This document shows positions 9,117 to 19,329 of a stretch of DNA of 32,000 bases, one piece after another. Origin of the DNA: Candidatus Arthromitus sp. SFB-rat-Yit (lineage in GTDB: Bacteria > Bacillota > Clostridia > Clostridiales > Clostridiaceae); NCBI RefSeq assembly GCF_000283555.1, contig NC_016012.1, positions 1,350,001-1,382,000 of the forward strand, read 5' to 3'. Every line of letters begins with the position of its first letter. The first letter of the stretch is position 1. The notes under the pieces were generated by a model. That model saw nothing but the letters and a program-made list of their open reading frames with translations, searched no databases and was not told the DNA's origin. The translations under genes and the position numbers were made by a program.

Positions 9117-10715
9117 TTATTTTAAAAATATAAATGCTTCTGGTCCTAAAGGTAATTTTAAGAACATCCACAATATCAATAATACTATCCAAGATATTAA
9201 AAAAGCTATTGAATATGGTAACATTAATGATATCAGTGTACCTATTCCACTCTTCTTATCGTATTTTTTTATAAGCATTGCAATTATTGGAAAATACGGA
9301 AGCAAAGGAGTTATTATATTAGTAGTAGAATCTCCTATCCTATATGCTATCTGAGTAAATTCCGGGCTATAACCAAGCCTCATAAATAATGGAACAAATA
9401 CAGGAGCTAATATCGCCCACTTAGCAGATGCACTTCCTACAAATAGATTTATAAAACCAGTTATGAGTATAAATCCTATTATAAGAGGTATTCCTACAAA
9501 CCCTATATCTTCTAAAAACTTAGCTCCATCTACTGCAATTATTGTTGCAATTTTACTTCTCTCAAATAAATTTATAAATTGTGCCGCAAAAAATGATAAC
9601 ACAAGATATGATCCCATAGATGACATAGATTTTGACATAGAATTAATAATATCACTATCTTTCTTAATCTTACCTGATCCAATTCCAAAAAACACACCAG
9701 GAATCAAAAATAAAAACGCAAGTATAACAACAATACCATTAATAAATGGTGATTTATTAATTATTGATCCTGTTTCTGGATTTCTGAGCATTCCACCTGG
9801 TAAAAGACCTATACCTATTATAATTAAAAGTATCAATAAAGATATTCCAGCATATATAAGACCTTTTTTCTCACTTTTTGTAAACTTAAAGGAATCTTCA
9901 TTTTGAACTTCAACTTGCTCAACAAAATTATCAGGATTATTACTTTTTTCAAGTCTTGGAATTATTATATATTCAGTTATAAGTGTTCCAATTATAGTTA
10001 TTAAAAATGTAGAAACTACCATAAAATAATAGTTACTAGTTGGATTTACAACATATGATGGATCTATTATATTAGCCGCAGACTGACTAAGTCCACTTAA
10101 CAATGGATCAACAGTTCCTATAAGAAGGTTTGCTGAAAATCCTCCAGAAACACCCGCAAAAGCTGCTGCAATACCAGCTATAGGATTTCTACCAAAGCTC
10201 TTAAATATTATAGCACCCAGTGGTACTAAAACGACATAACCCGCATCAGAAGCTATATTAGATAAAACTCCTAAAAACACAACAACAATTGTTACTAATC
10301 TACTTGGAGTACTTAAAATAAGTTTCTTTATTAATGCATCTATTAAACCAGTTCCTTCTGCCACACCTACTCCAAGCATAGAGACTAACACAACACCCAG
10401 TGGTGCAAAGCTTGTAAAATTAGTAACCATACTTGTTAAAAAATTAGCCATAGCTTCCTTGGTAAATAAATTTGTAACTTGAACTTTAACTACCTCAGAA
10501 ACTCCATCTTTTAATGTTTCGTATTCAGATACAATATTCATATTGCTTAAAATATAAGAAGCAATAACAGTTATTATACTTAATAAAACAAACAATGTTA
10601 CTGGATCTGGTAATTTATTACCTACAACCTCAATAAAATTAAGACTTTTATTAAGTATCCCAACTTTCTTATTATCTCCTGAATACTTTTCTCTTCTACT
10701 TCTTTTTTGAGCCAA
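9117..10715 (-). CDS. AbgT family transporter (p-aminobenzoyl-glutamate-type permease)
   Basis: 532 aa polytopic protein; NKLPDPVTLFVLLSI, GTGLIDALIKK, NLLIGTVDPLLSGLSQSAA, FINLFVGSASAKWAILAPVFVPLFM, YRIGDSTTNIITPLLPYFPII are AbgT family signatures; TTG start. Confidence 0.93.
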   Translation of the reverse strand: MAQKRSRREKYSGDNKKVGILNKSLNFIEVVGNKLPDPVTLFVLLSIITVIASYILSNMNIVSEYETLKDGVSEVVKVQVTNLFTKEAMANFLTSMVTNFTSFAPLGVVLVSMLGVGVAEGTGLIDALIKKLILSTPSRLVTIVVVFLGVLSNIASDAGYVVLVPLGAIIFKSFGRNPIAGIAAAFAGVSGGFSANLLIGTVDPLLSGLSQSAANIIDPSYVVNPTSNYYFMVVSTFLITIIGTLITEYIIIPRLEKSNNPDNFVEQVEVQNEDSFKFTKSEKKGLIYAGISLLILLIIIGIGLLPGGMLRNPETGSIINKSPFINGIVVILAFLFLIPGVFFGIGSGKIKKDSDIINSMSKSMSSMGSYLVLSFFAAQFINLFERSKIATIIAVDGAKFLEDIGFVGIPLIIGFILITGFINLFVGSASAKWAILAPVFVPLFMRLGYSPEFTQIAYRIGDSTTNIITPLLPYFPIIAMLIKKYDKKSGIGTLISLMLPYSIAFLISWIVLLILWMFLKLPLGPEAFIFLK

Positions 10716-10875
10716 ATTCTTTATCTTCCTTTCTTTTATAAATATTTTAAATTATAATAATAATATCTAGATATTTTTTAGTATTTGAACAATTATTATA
10801 CAATATTTTTATAAATATAACAATGAAAAAAACATTTTTTTGTTAAATTAATTAATTTAAAGGAGGTTATTAAAT

Positions 10876-11700
10876 TTGAATATTAAATTATGTGTATTCG
10901 ATTTGGATGGTACACTTTTAAACTCTAATAAAGAAATTACAATCGAAACAATACAAGCTATAAATAAACTAAAAAATAAAAATATACAATATACAATAGC
11001 AACTGGAAGAATGGATACTCTTGCTAGAAAATATCAAAAACAAATAAACTCTAATTTACCTATAATATCATGTAATGGGTCCCTAATACGCGACCTATCT
11101 GGTAATACACTTTATAAAAAGTATTTAAATTTTGATACCGTCAAGACCTTAGTGGAATTCTATAACTTAAATAATCTGGACTTTATGTTATACACTGAAA
11201 ATACTATATTAAGTACCCCTAATAATCCAAGATTGATATTATTAGAAAATTTGAATTCATCATCACAGCCTGAGGATAGATTTGATATCGAAATATTAAA
11301 TAGAGATATAGAATACTACTCTAATCTAATATTCTTAAAATCCCTAGCTTACATAGAAAATAGAGAAAAACTATTAGATATAGAATATATAATGAGAAAA
11401 GAATTTAAAGATCTATCTATTGTATCATCTGATAAAACTTTGCTTGATATAATGCCTTCTGGTGTAAATAAAGGCACTGGACTTCAAAATCTATGTAAGA
11501 TATTAAATATTAATAGAGATGAAATTGTTGTATTTGGTGATAATTTTAACGATTTAGAAATGATTAATTTCTCAAAAACTTCTGTTGTACCTTCAAATGG
11601 TGAAGAATCTATAAAAAATATAGCAACATTTGTGACAAAAAGTAATGATGATAATGGTATTGCTTTTGCAATAAATGAATTTATACTAAAAAATGTGTAG
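10876..11700 (+). CDS. Cof-type HAD family hydrolase/phosphatase
   Basis: FDLDGTLLNSNKEI, TIATGRMDTLARKYQK, VNKGTGLQNLCKIL, VVFGDNFNDLEMI motifs; RBS AAGGAGG; TTG start. Confidence 0.9.
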   Translation: MNIKLCVFDLDGTLLNSNKEITIETIQAINKLKNKNIQYTIATGRMDTLARKYQKQINSNLPIISCNGSLIRDLSGNTLYKKYLNFDTVKTLVEFYNLNNLDFMLYTENTILSTPNNPRLILLENLNSSSQPEDRFDIEILNRDIEYYSNLIFLKSLAYIENREKLLDIEYIMRKEFKDLSIVSSDKTLLDIMPSGVNKGTGLQNLCKILNINRDEIVVFGDNFNDLEMINFSKTSVVPSNGEESIKNIATFVTKSNDDNGIAFAINEFILKNV

Positions 11701-11727
11701 CCTTTACATGCTACACATTTTTTATTT
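11690..11727. terminator. Bidirectional intrinsic terminator between HAD phosphatase and glmM
   Basis: AAAATGTGTAGC-CTTTACAT-GCTACACATTTT perfect 12-bp stem with T-run; both genes' stop codons lie in the stem. Confidence 0.88.
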
Positions 11728-13066
11728 TAGAATTTATTGCACTTTTAATATCTTCCCCAATATTTTTAATTACATTTATATCTTCACCTTCAACCATAAC
11801 TCTAATTAAATTTTCAGTTCCAGATTCTCTAACCAAAATCCTACCATTACTCGAAAGTTCATTTTCATACTTATTTATCAACTCAACAATTTCTTTATTT
11901 TCCTTATATATTTTTTTATTAATCTCATCAACTTCTATATTAATTAATACTTGGGGAAATTCATTTATAACTGAACACAATTCTTTTAAACTTTTCCCTT
12001 TTTCTTTAACTATTTTACTTACTATTAATGATGTTAAAATCCCATCACCTGTTTTATTATCCAAAAGTATTATATGACCAGATTGTTCTCCACCAATTAC
12101 ATAATTATTTTCGTTCATATTTTGAAAAACATATTTATCTCCAACACAAACTGTAGATATAGATATATCAAATTTTTCCAAGGATTTATAAAGTCCAATA
12201 TTACTCATAACTGTTACAACTACTGAATTTTTATTTAAAATTCCATTTTCTTTAAAATAAATAGCAATTAATCCCATTATAAAATCACCATTTATTATGT
12301 TACCCTCATGATCAACAGCTAAACATCTATCCGCATCACCATCATATGCAAATCCTAAATCACACTTATTTTTAACAACAAATTCACATATCTCATCCAT
12401 GTAAGTAGATCCACATTTATTATTAATATTAATTCCATTAGGGGAATCATTTATAATTAATACTTCTGCTTCCGTTCCTTCAAATACCTTTCTTGCAATA
12501 GAATAAGCAGAACCATTAGCACAATCTAACGCAATTTTCAGTCCCCTTAAATTTTCTCCCCCTAAATTACTTTTTAAAAATGCGATATACTCATCGACTA
12601 TATCAGGAGAAAATTCAATTTTACCAATATCTTTTGTGTTACCTATATTATCTCCATTTAATAAATTAAAATACAACTTTTCAATTTGATCCTCTAAACC
12701 GTCACTGAGTTTTACTCCATCACTATCAAAAAACTTTATCCCATTATATTCGTATGGATTATGAGATGCTGAAACCATAACACCTCCAAGCAATCCAAAC
12801 TTTTGAATCAAATAACCTATAGCTGGAGTAGGAACATTCGATACCCTTATAACATCTATTCCAGTAGACGAAATACCTGCACATATACTATGCTCAATCA
12901 TAGAGCTTGATATTCTTGTATCAATACCCACAATCATTTTTCTTTTATTTACACTATTTTTACATAATATCTTAGCTCCGCACCTACCGATATTATAAGC
13001 AAGTTCTCCAGTCAATTTAATATTTGCAATTCCCCTAATACCATCTGTACCAAATAACTTCCCCAT
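11711..13066 (-). CDS. glmM: Phosphoglucosamine mutase
   Basis: MGKLFGTDGIRGIAN, VMVSASHNPYEYNGIKFF, YDGDADRCLAVD, GGEQSGHIIL, RESGTENLIRVMVEG. Confidence 0.97.
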   Translation of the reverse strand: MGKLFGTDGIRGIANIKLTGELAYNIGRCGAKILCKNSVNKRKMIVGIDTRISSSMIEHSICAGISSTGIDVIRVSNVPTPAIGYLIQKFGLLGGVMVSASHNPYEYNGIKFFDSDGVKLSDGLEDQIEKLYFNLLNGDNIGNTKDIGKIEFSPDIVDEYIAFLKSNLGGENLRGLKIALDCANGSAYSIARKVFEGTEAEVLIINDSPNGININNKCGSTYMDEICEFVVKNKCDLGFAYDGDADRCLAVDHEGNIINGDFIMGLIAIYFKENGILNKNSVVVTVMSNIGLYKSLEKFDISISTVCVGDKYVFQNMNENNYVIGGEQSGHIILLDNKTGDGILTSLIVSKIVKEKGKSLKELCSVINEFPQVLINIEVDEINKKIYKENKEIVELINKYENELSSNGRILVRESGTENLIRVMVEGEDINVIKNIGEDIKSAINSKIKNV

Positions 13067-13082
13067 AATTAAACTCCTTTAT

Positions 13083-13655
13083 TTATATAAAATCATATCC
13101 AACCTTAAATGCTGTTTTATTATCTTCAATACTAAACCTAGTATCTGTGTATTTACCAAAAACATAAAATATAGAATCTATAGATATTTTATTAATAACT
13201 TTAATTAAAGATCCAAGTATAACAATATTCCCTAGAACCTTTTCTGATATACTTTTTGCAATACTCTGAACTGGTATATCTAGGTAATTGATATTTTCTC
13301 TCTTATTATAGGATTTAACTATATCTGAATTGATGAGCATAAATCCACTATCCAAAACCTTACTTTCATATTTATTAAATGATGGATAATTCATAGCAAT
13401 CATATATTCAGGCCTAAGTACAATTGGCGACAAAATTTTTTTATCACTCATTACAACCGAACAGCTTGCTGTCCCCCCTCTCATTTCAGGACCATAAGAT
13501 GGAAGCCAAGTAACATTTAATCCACTTTCAAGTGCAGCATAAGAAAGTATCCTCGATATAAACAATATACCTTGTCCTCCAAAACCGGAAAATAAAATTT
13601 CTAAATTCATATTATCAACTCTATTCCTTAAATTTTTTAAGTTTAAACTCTTCAC
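13083..13655 (-). CDS. 2-oxoacid:ferredoxin oxidoreductase gamma subunit
   Basis: LEILFSGFGGQGILFISRILSYAAL...WLPSYGPEMRGGTASCSVVMSD; true start probably internal ATG at 13610 (MNLEILFSGFGGQG). Confidence 0.9.
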   Translation of the reverse strand: MKSLNLKNLRNRVDNMNLEILFSGFGGQGILFISRILSYAALESGLNVTWLPSYGPEMRGGTASCSVVMSDKKILSPIVLRPEYMIAMNYPSFNKYESKVLDSGFMLINSDIVKSYNKRENINYLDIPVQSIAKSISEKVLGNIVILGSLIKVINKISIDSIFYVFGKYTDTRFSIEDNKTAFKVGYDFI

Positions 13656-14352
13656 TCATATTTTCTTCAACCCATTTTAACGAATCTACTGCATTTTTTC
13701 CCCAGTTAGTTGGGCATGTTGACAATATCTCTATCAAACAAAAACCCTCACCATTTTTAACATACTCAAAAGCCTTTTTTATAGATTTTTTAGTATTCAT
13801 AACCCCTTTCAAATTATGAGTTGAAACTCTCTCTAAATACCTAACACCTTCTATAGTTTCAAGTAATTCACAAATTTTAATAGGGGCACCATAACTATCT
13901 TTATTTTTACCTTTTGGACTAGTTTCTGTAACCTGACCATTTAAAGTTGTAGGAGCCATTTGTCCACCTGTCATTCCATAAGTTCCGTTATTTATAAATA
14001 TAACAACTATATTTTCCCCTCTTAAAGCCGCATGTATAATTTCAGAAGTTCCTATAGCAGCTAAATCTCCATCTCCTTGATATGTAAATACAACTCTATC
14101 TTTTAAAAGTCTTGATACTGAAGTTGCAACTGATGGTGCTCGTCCATGTGCAGCACTAATAAAATCACAATCTATGTATTCATATATAAAAACCGAACAT
14201 CCTACAGACGCAATCCCTATTGATATATCTAATATATCAAGTTCAACCAACACTTCTGCAATAATATTATTTATTATACCATGAGTACAACCTGGACAAT
14301 AATGACTTTTAACATCTACAATTCCCTTGGAAGGTTCAAACTTTATACTCAT
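13621..14352 (-). CDS. 2-oxoacid:ferredoxin oxidoreductase beta subunit (TPP-binding)
   Basis: YCPGCTHGIINNIIAE, SVGCSVFI, HGRAPSVATSV, TYQGDGDLAAIGTSEIIHAA, NNGTYGMTGGQMAPTT. Confidence 0.93.
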   Translation of the reverse strand: MSIKFEPSKGIVDVKSHYCPGCTHGIINNIIAEVLVELDILDISIGIASVGCSVFIYEYIDCDFISAAHGRAPSVATSVSRLLKDRVVFTYQGDGDLAAIGTSEIIHAALRGENIVVIFINNGTYGMTGGQMAPTTLNGQVTETSPKGKNKDSYGAPIKICELLETIEGVRYLERVSTHNLKGVMNTKKSIKKAFEYVKNGEGFCLIEILSTCPTNWGKNAVDSLKWVEENMSEEFKLKKFKE

Positions 14353-15436
14353 TAACTTCTCCTTTAATAATATCTTTCACATATTTAATTACACTCTCAT
14401 AATCTATTATATCTCCCGAAACCTCAGCATAAGAATAAACTTTATTACTCCCATTAGAAGATAATATTACATCTTCAACCATTTGTCCAAAATTCATCTC
14501 AATACATAAAAATCCATATTTAGTATTTTCAGACATATCTCTTATAGCCTCATGAGGAAACGGCCACAAAGTTATGGGTCTTATTATACCAACTTCTATA
14601 TTTTCCTTTTTCAATTCCTCAGCGGCTTTTTCACATGTTCTTGAGATCATACCAAAACATACCATAATAATATCAACTTTTTTATCTAAATTAATTTTTT
14701 CGTACTTAACCTCATTTTCCCTTATCTTTAAATATTTATTATTAAGGTCACTCATATGGTTCCTTAAATCATTATTATCTAAATTTAATGATTTAATTAT
14801 ATTTCTATTCCTTCTATGTAATTTACCATTTGAACTCCATGGTTTTGAATTTATAATATCAGTTAATGTATAAACCTCACCATCATATTCATCTTCTATT
14901 TCTAATGATTCCATAACTTGTCCAAGAGTTCCATCTAAAAATATGATTACTGGATTTCTATACTTATCAGCTAAATAAAAAGATTCCATTGTTAAATTAT
15001 ATATTTCTTGAACACTATTTGGAGCTAAAACAATAGCCCTGCCACCACCATGACCCAATCCTTTTGTCATAAAGAAATAATCCTGCTGAGATGGTTGTAT
15101 CCCACCTAAGCCTGGACCAACACGACATACATTAACTATTACACAAGGAAGTTCAGATCCAATTATATATGATATACCTTCTGCCTTTAAACTCATTCCA
15201 GGGCTAGCTGTTGAAGTCATTACTCTAAATCCAGCAGCTGCCGCTCCATATACCATATTAATTGCTGAAACTTCACTTTCAGCCTGAATAATTAATCTAT
15301 TATATTCAGGCATTTTTTTTGATAAATACGCAACTAATTCTGTTTGCGGAGTTATAGGATATCCAAAAAAAGCATTACATCCTGCTCTAATTGTTGCCTC
15401 TCCTAAAGCTTCACATCCCTTACACAAAATTCTCAA
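14336..15436 (-). CDS. vorB: 2-oxoacid:ferredoxin oxidoreductase alpha subunit, VorB-like (3-methyl-2-oxobutanoate type)
   Basis: GYPITPQTELVAYLSKKMP, QAESEVSAINMVYGAAAAGFRVMTSTASPGMSL, GPGLGGIQPSQQDYF, DKYRNPVIIFLDGTLGQVME. Confidence 0.88.
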   Translation of the reverse strand: MRILCKGCEALGEATIRAGCNAFFGYPITPQTELVAYLSKKMPEYNRLIIQAESEVSAINMVYGAAAAGFRVMTSTASPGMSLKAEGISYIIGSELPCVIVNVCRVGPGLGGIQPSQQDYFFMTKGLGHGGGRAIVLAPNSVQEIYNLTMESFYLADKYRNPVIIFLDGTLGQVMESLEIEDEYDGEVYTLTDIINSKPWSSNGKLHRRNRNIIKSLNLDNNDLRNHMSDLNNKYLKIRENEVKYEKINLDKKVDIIMVCFGMISRTCEKAAEELKKENIEVGIIRPITLWPFPHEAIRDMSENTKYGFLCIEMNFGQMVEDVILSSNGSNKVYSYAEVSGDIIDYESVIKYVKDIIKGEVNEYKV

Positions 15437-15441
15437 TATCT

Positions 15442-15669
15442 TTACACCCCATCATTAATTATAGTTATTACCGAATCTGGACACATTCTAAAACAAAATC
15501 CACATCCTATACATTTTTTTTGATTGTCTGCTGTTATATTTGCAAAATTATATCCTATTATATTCGTATTATCTGACATACTTATTATACCTTTAGGACA
15601 CGACGTTTCGCATAATTTACAACCTTTACATCTATCTTCTCTAAACAATACTTTATAAATAAATATCAC
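15442..15669 (-). CDS. 2Fe/4Fe ferredoxin-type delta subunit with two 4Fe-4S motifs
   Basis: CKGCKLCETSCPKGI and CIGCGFCFRMCPDSVI; overlaps operon spacing with vorB. Confidence 0.9.
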   Translation of the reverse strand: MIFIYKVLFREDRCKGCKLCETSCPKGIISMSDNTNIIGYNFANITADNQKKCIGCGFCFRMCPDSVITIINDGV

Positions 15670-15685
15670 CTCTTTTTTAAATATC

Positions 15686-16654
15686 TTAATTTTGTTGCTC
15701 TATTTTACTGACCTTAACTTTTATAATAACAGAATTTTTATTTTCTACAGTTTCTATACCATTTGCTATCTTAATCGGAACCTCTATTATAGAATTTTCA
15801 GTTATTTTTGATAAATTAACACTTTCAGATGAAATTTTATATATATTTGTTATAACATCTTCCGTTCCTATTATTTTAAGTACTCTTGGTATAACCTCAA
15901 CACTCTCTAATTTTAATCCTTCAGGTAAATTATCTACAAATGGAACTTCAATTTCTACGTCCTTTAAAGCTTTAACCATAATATACATATCTACAACTTC
16001 CGTGGATAAATCCAAAAACTGATTTATTTCTTTTCCATCTTTATCTAAAAATTTAATTTTTAAGCTCTGATATGTATCTTTTTTTAAATCATTAAAACTA
16101 GCACTAACAATTGCTCTATTTACTTCATTTACATATTTAGCTGCTCCCGATACTGTAACATATTCTGGATTTATCACAGGTTCAAAAGAATAAAATCCAT
16201 CTACATTAACATTATTAATTATCTTATCTATAGGAACCTTCTTTTCAATGAATTCATCTATCTGAATTTTAATATCTAAATCATTTGGTCTAGTTATAGA
16301 TATGTTTGGAGGAATACTTCTTATATATCCCCTAACTACATTTTCACCTTTTTGAAGATCATACACACTCAAATCTAAAAAAATTTCAAAATTATCAGGT
16401 TTTAAATTATAAATATCATTTGCCTTACCTTCTACATTCAAATTAACTGTAAATTTTTGATTTGGTAAAACAATTATTCCATTTTTTTTAATACTTAAAC
16501 TATTTATAACATTAACCGGTATATTATAAACTCTTGTAGTTAATACGGGATTTAAAGAAATAACTACATATACCCAGCTTACAAACGCAATTACAAAACA
16601 GGATATCTTTACAATTATCCCTTGTGTTTGCTTTTTATTTTTCCCCTTATCCAA
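15686..16654 (-). CDS. cdaR: CdaR / YbbR-domain regulator of diadenylate cyclase
   Basis: N-terminal TM helix and repeated YbbR-type segments (VTGAAKYVNEVNRA, VIRGYIR-like strands); overlaps cdaA by 40 nt. Confidence 0.88.
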   Translation of the reverse strand: MDKGKNKKQTQGIIVKISCFVIAFVSWVYVVISLNPVLTTRVYNIPVNVINSLSIKKNGIIVLPNQKFTVNLNVEGKANDIYNLKPDNFEIFLDLSVYDLQKGENVVRGYIRSIPPNISITRPNDLDIKIQIDEFIEKKVPIDKIINNVNVDGFYSFEPVINPEYVTVSGAAKYVNEVNRAIVSASFNDLKKDTYQSLKIKFLDKDGKEINQFLDLSTEVVDMYIMVKALKDVEIEVPFVDNLPEGLKLESVEVIPRVLKIIGTEDVITNIYKISSESVNLSKITENSIIEVPIKIANGIETVENKNSVIIKVKVSKIEQQN

Positions 16655-17475
16655 CCTTTTACCCTACCTTTAAATGATAATGTTTTTAAATTATTATATT
16701 CAAACATCCTATTTAACAAAGAATTCAGCCTCTCAAAATCATAATTCCTAGTCATTTTACCATTCACAAATAAAGATATAATTCCAGTTTCCTCCGATAC
16801 CACAATAATAATAGCATCACTTACTTCAGATATACCAAAAGCAGCTCTATGACGAGTACCTAAACTTTTATCTATATTTTGATAGCTTAATGGAAGAAAA
16901 CATCCAGCTGCTTCAATTAAACCATCTTTTATAACTATTGCCCCATCATGAAGTGGGCTATTAGGAAAAAATATTGTTTCTATTAACTCAGATGCTACTT
17001 TTGAATTAATAGTTGTACCACTCTCTATAACATCTCCGAGTTTTGTATTTCTCTCAATCACAATTAGTGCACCTACATTCTTATTAGACATATTAGCACA
17101 AGCTTTACATATCTCAACTATAAAATCGTTTTTTACATAATTATACCCTTTAATATATTTGTTCTTATCTGAAAATGCACTTCTACCTAAATGTTCCAAA
17201 GCCTTCCTAATTTCAGGCTGAAATAATATAACAATAGTCAAAACTCCTATTGTTAAAGTATTTTTGAATATCGAGTATACCATTTTTAATTTTAAAAGAT
17301 AACTAACAGGTATAAAAAATAAAATAAATATAATACCTTTTAATAACTGCTCAGCTCTTGTTTCTTTTATTAACATATACACTTTATATAAAACATATGC
17401 AATTATCGATATATCTATTAAATCAAAAATATTTATATTCTTTATAGTATTAAAAACTATATTTAAAAAACCCAA
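16615..17475 (-). CDS. cdaA: Diadenylate cyclase CdaA (c-di-AMP synthase)
   Basis: N-terminal TM helices; DAC domain motifs LFPNSPLHDGAIVIKDG and LGTRHRAAFGISEVSDA. Confidence 0.96.
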   Translation of the reverse strand: MGFLNIVFNTIKNINIFDLIDISIIAYVLYKVYMLIKETRAEQLLKGIIFILFFIPVSYLLKLKMVYSIFKNTLTIGVLTIVILFQPEIRKALEHLGRSAFSDKNKYIKGYNYVKNDFIVEICKACANMSNKNVGALIVIERNTKLGDVIESGTTINSKVASELIETIFFPNSPLHDGAIVIKDGLIEAAGCFLPLSYQNIDKSLGTRHRAAFGISEVSDAIIIVVSEETGIISLFVNGKMTRNYDFERLNSLLNRMFEYNNLKTLSFKGRVKGWIRGKIKSKHKG

Positions 17476-17561
17476 TTATTTACCTCTTTTTTCTTTTTTA
17501 AGAATTTATCAACTAAATAAATAATATAATAAACTAACTAATTTTAAAAGGGGAGAAAATT

Positions 17562-18524
17562 TTGTATACAAAAAAAAATTTATTTAGATTTATATCTATC
17601 TTATTATTTCTAATATTCTTTAGTATATGTTGCTTTATAACATATTTAATTATTAAAAAAGAACATAGTCATAAATATAAGTTAGATTCTTATATTTCAT
17701 CTTTAAACAATACCTATAAACTTTTGGATAATAATTTAGATTCAGAAAAAAATATAACTAAATCTCTTGAAAATATAAATACATTACAAATATCAAAAAG
17801 AAATTTAAATACCTCTCTAAAATTAAATGAAATGGAGATGTTTAACAGTTTACTTCACTCATCTGAATTATATATAAAACAATTACAAAATCTCAAAAAT
17901 AATAAGAACAATGTAAATGAAAATATAACATCTTTAAAAAATTATTTTGATGGTATTTTAATAAGTTTAAAATCCCTACCTGCTAATTCAAATTTATTAA
18001 AAGAAACAATCGAAACAATAACAAATATACAAAATACATATGAAAATAGCTTTTATACAGAAAAAATAAATTCGATATCAAATCTAAACTTAAATAATTT
18101 TATAAATAAACTTAATTCTATAATGTATGATTTTCTCCCACTCATAGAAAATATAGAAGAAAAATTAATTGAAGCTAGAGAAAATAAATACGATTATCAA
18201 TTAATTATAAACAACCTTGAAAAAAACTTAGCTATAAGTGAAAATCTTAAACTTTCTTTGTCAAAACTACCTATACCTCAAGATGGATTAAATTTATATC
18301 ATCAAATGGAAGAAATTTTAGAAATATATAATGAATACAATATAAAACTAAAATACTGTATCAAGAACGAAAATTTATTGCAAAAAGAAAAATTAGATAA
18401 AGATACTCTAAATAAAATATATCAGCAAACAGATTCCATATATTCAAAACTTTTAAACCAATACAACACTTTAAAACATAAAATTGACTCTAAATTAAAT
18501 ATCCCAACTTATATATATAACTAA
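17562..18524 (+). CDS. Uncharacterised membrane-anchored, helix-rich (coiled-coil-like) protein
   Basis: 320 aa ORF, TTG start with RBS AAGGGGAG; N-terminal FRFISILLFLIFFSICCFITYLIIKK signal-anchor; remainder rich in E/K/L/N heptad-like segments. Confidence 0.7.
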   Translation: MYTKKNLFRFISILLFLIFFSICCFITYLIIKKEHSHKYKLDSYISSLNNTYKLLDNNLDSEKNITKSLENINTLQISKRNLNTSLKLNEMEMFNSLLHSSELYIKQLQNLKNNKNNVNENITSLKNYFDGILISLKSLPANSNLLKETIETITNIQNTYENSFYTEKINSISNLNLNNFINKLNSIMYDFLPLIENIEEKLIEARENKYDYQLIINNLEKNLAISENLKLSLSKLPIPQDGLNLYHQMEEILEIYNEYNIKLKYCIKNENLLQKEKLDKDTLNKIYQQTDSIYSKLLNQYNTLKHKIDSKLNIPTYIYN

Positions 18525-18596
18525 ACTAATAATTTTCAAACTTTTTGTACAAAATAAAAACGATTTACTATACCTTTAAATTTTTCGGAGGTATTT

Positions 18597-19289
18597 ATGA
18601 ATAATTTAAAATTTATAAGTTTAACTTTAGGAATAGCAACTACTATACTTCCCTTCATAAACGCACAGGCATTACCTATGTATGAGGATGATGGAAAACG
18701 AGTAGTTACTCCTTTAAATATATTTAATATGGAAAATAAAAACTTAAAGCGAAATCAAAAAGAAGAAATGAGCGAAATTTTAGTAAAATTATATAATAAT
18801 TATAATACACTTTTAAAAAGAGGTTTGGAAATAAATGATGTAAAAAATTCAGATCTTTATATTAATATAACTAACCAAAAAATTAATTTAAAAGAACTAC
18901 TTAACAATATCATAAGTTATCCTTACACCATTGTTAATTCAGAAATAGAGAAAAATTTTCTTGAATCTAAATTTTCATTTTGCTACTTAACTAAAGAATA
19001 TATAAAAGATGAAAACCTAACTCGTATATTTAATGCTACAGATATAACTGATATAAAGCAAGATTTAAATAATGTATTAAATAGCATAACATTATCTATT
19101 GATATAATTAAAACATTTAGAGGGGAATATAATAATACTTACCTAAATGATATAACCATGTATTTAAATTCATTAATAAATAATAACATATATAATATAG
19201 ATTCATTTAATGAACATAAAGATACTATACAAAATTTAATAAATGAAGTATCCTCATCTATAAACGATATCTTAATAGAATATATATAA
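18597..19289 (+). CDS. Uncharacterised secreted/exported protein
   Basis: 230 aa ORF, RBS CGGAGG; N-terminal signal-like MNNLKFISLTLGIATTILPFINAQA; no recognised domain. Confidence 0.72.
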   Translation: MNNLKFISLTLGIATTILPFINAQALPMYEDDGKRVVTPLNIFNMENKNLKRNQKEEMSEILVKLYNNYNTLLKRGLEINDVKNSDLYINITNQKINLKELLNNIISYPYTIVNSEIEKNFLESKFSFCYLTKEYIKDENLTRIFNATDITDIKQDLNNVLNSITLSIDIIKTFRGEYNNTYLNDITMYLNSLINNNIYNIDSFNEHKDTIQNLINEVSSSINDILIEYI

Positions 19290-19329
19290 AAATTAAAAGA
19301 GATGCACTTTAGCATCTCTTTTAATTTTT
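19288..19329. terminator. Bidirectional intrinsic terminator
   Basis: AAAAATTAAAAGAGATGC-ACTTTA-GCATCTCTTTTAATTTTT perfect 18-bp stem between convergent genes. Confidence 0.92.

Noticed and set aside
9463-9906. Plus-strand 147-aa ORF inside the AbgT gene
   Set aside because: Antisense shadow ORF; its sequence (NPINSPSTI-like) reads as the reverse complement of a membrane protein.
14574-15576. Plus-strand ORFs 14574..14873 and 15391..15576 opposite the oxidoreductase genes
   Set aside because: Overlap well-supported minus-strand genes and show no recognisable domain or RBS.
18543-18556. Palindrome TTTTGTACAAAA between the two orphan plus-strand genes as an operator or terminator
   Set aside because: Only 12 bp with no loop or T-run, and such AT-rich palindromes are expected by chance in this composition.
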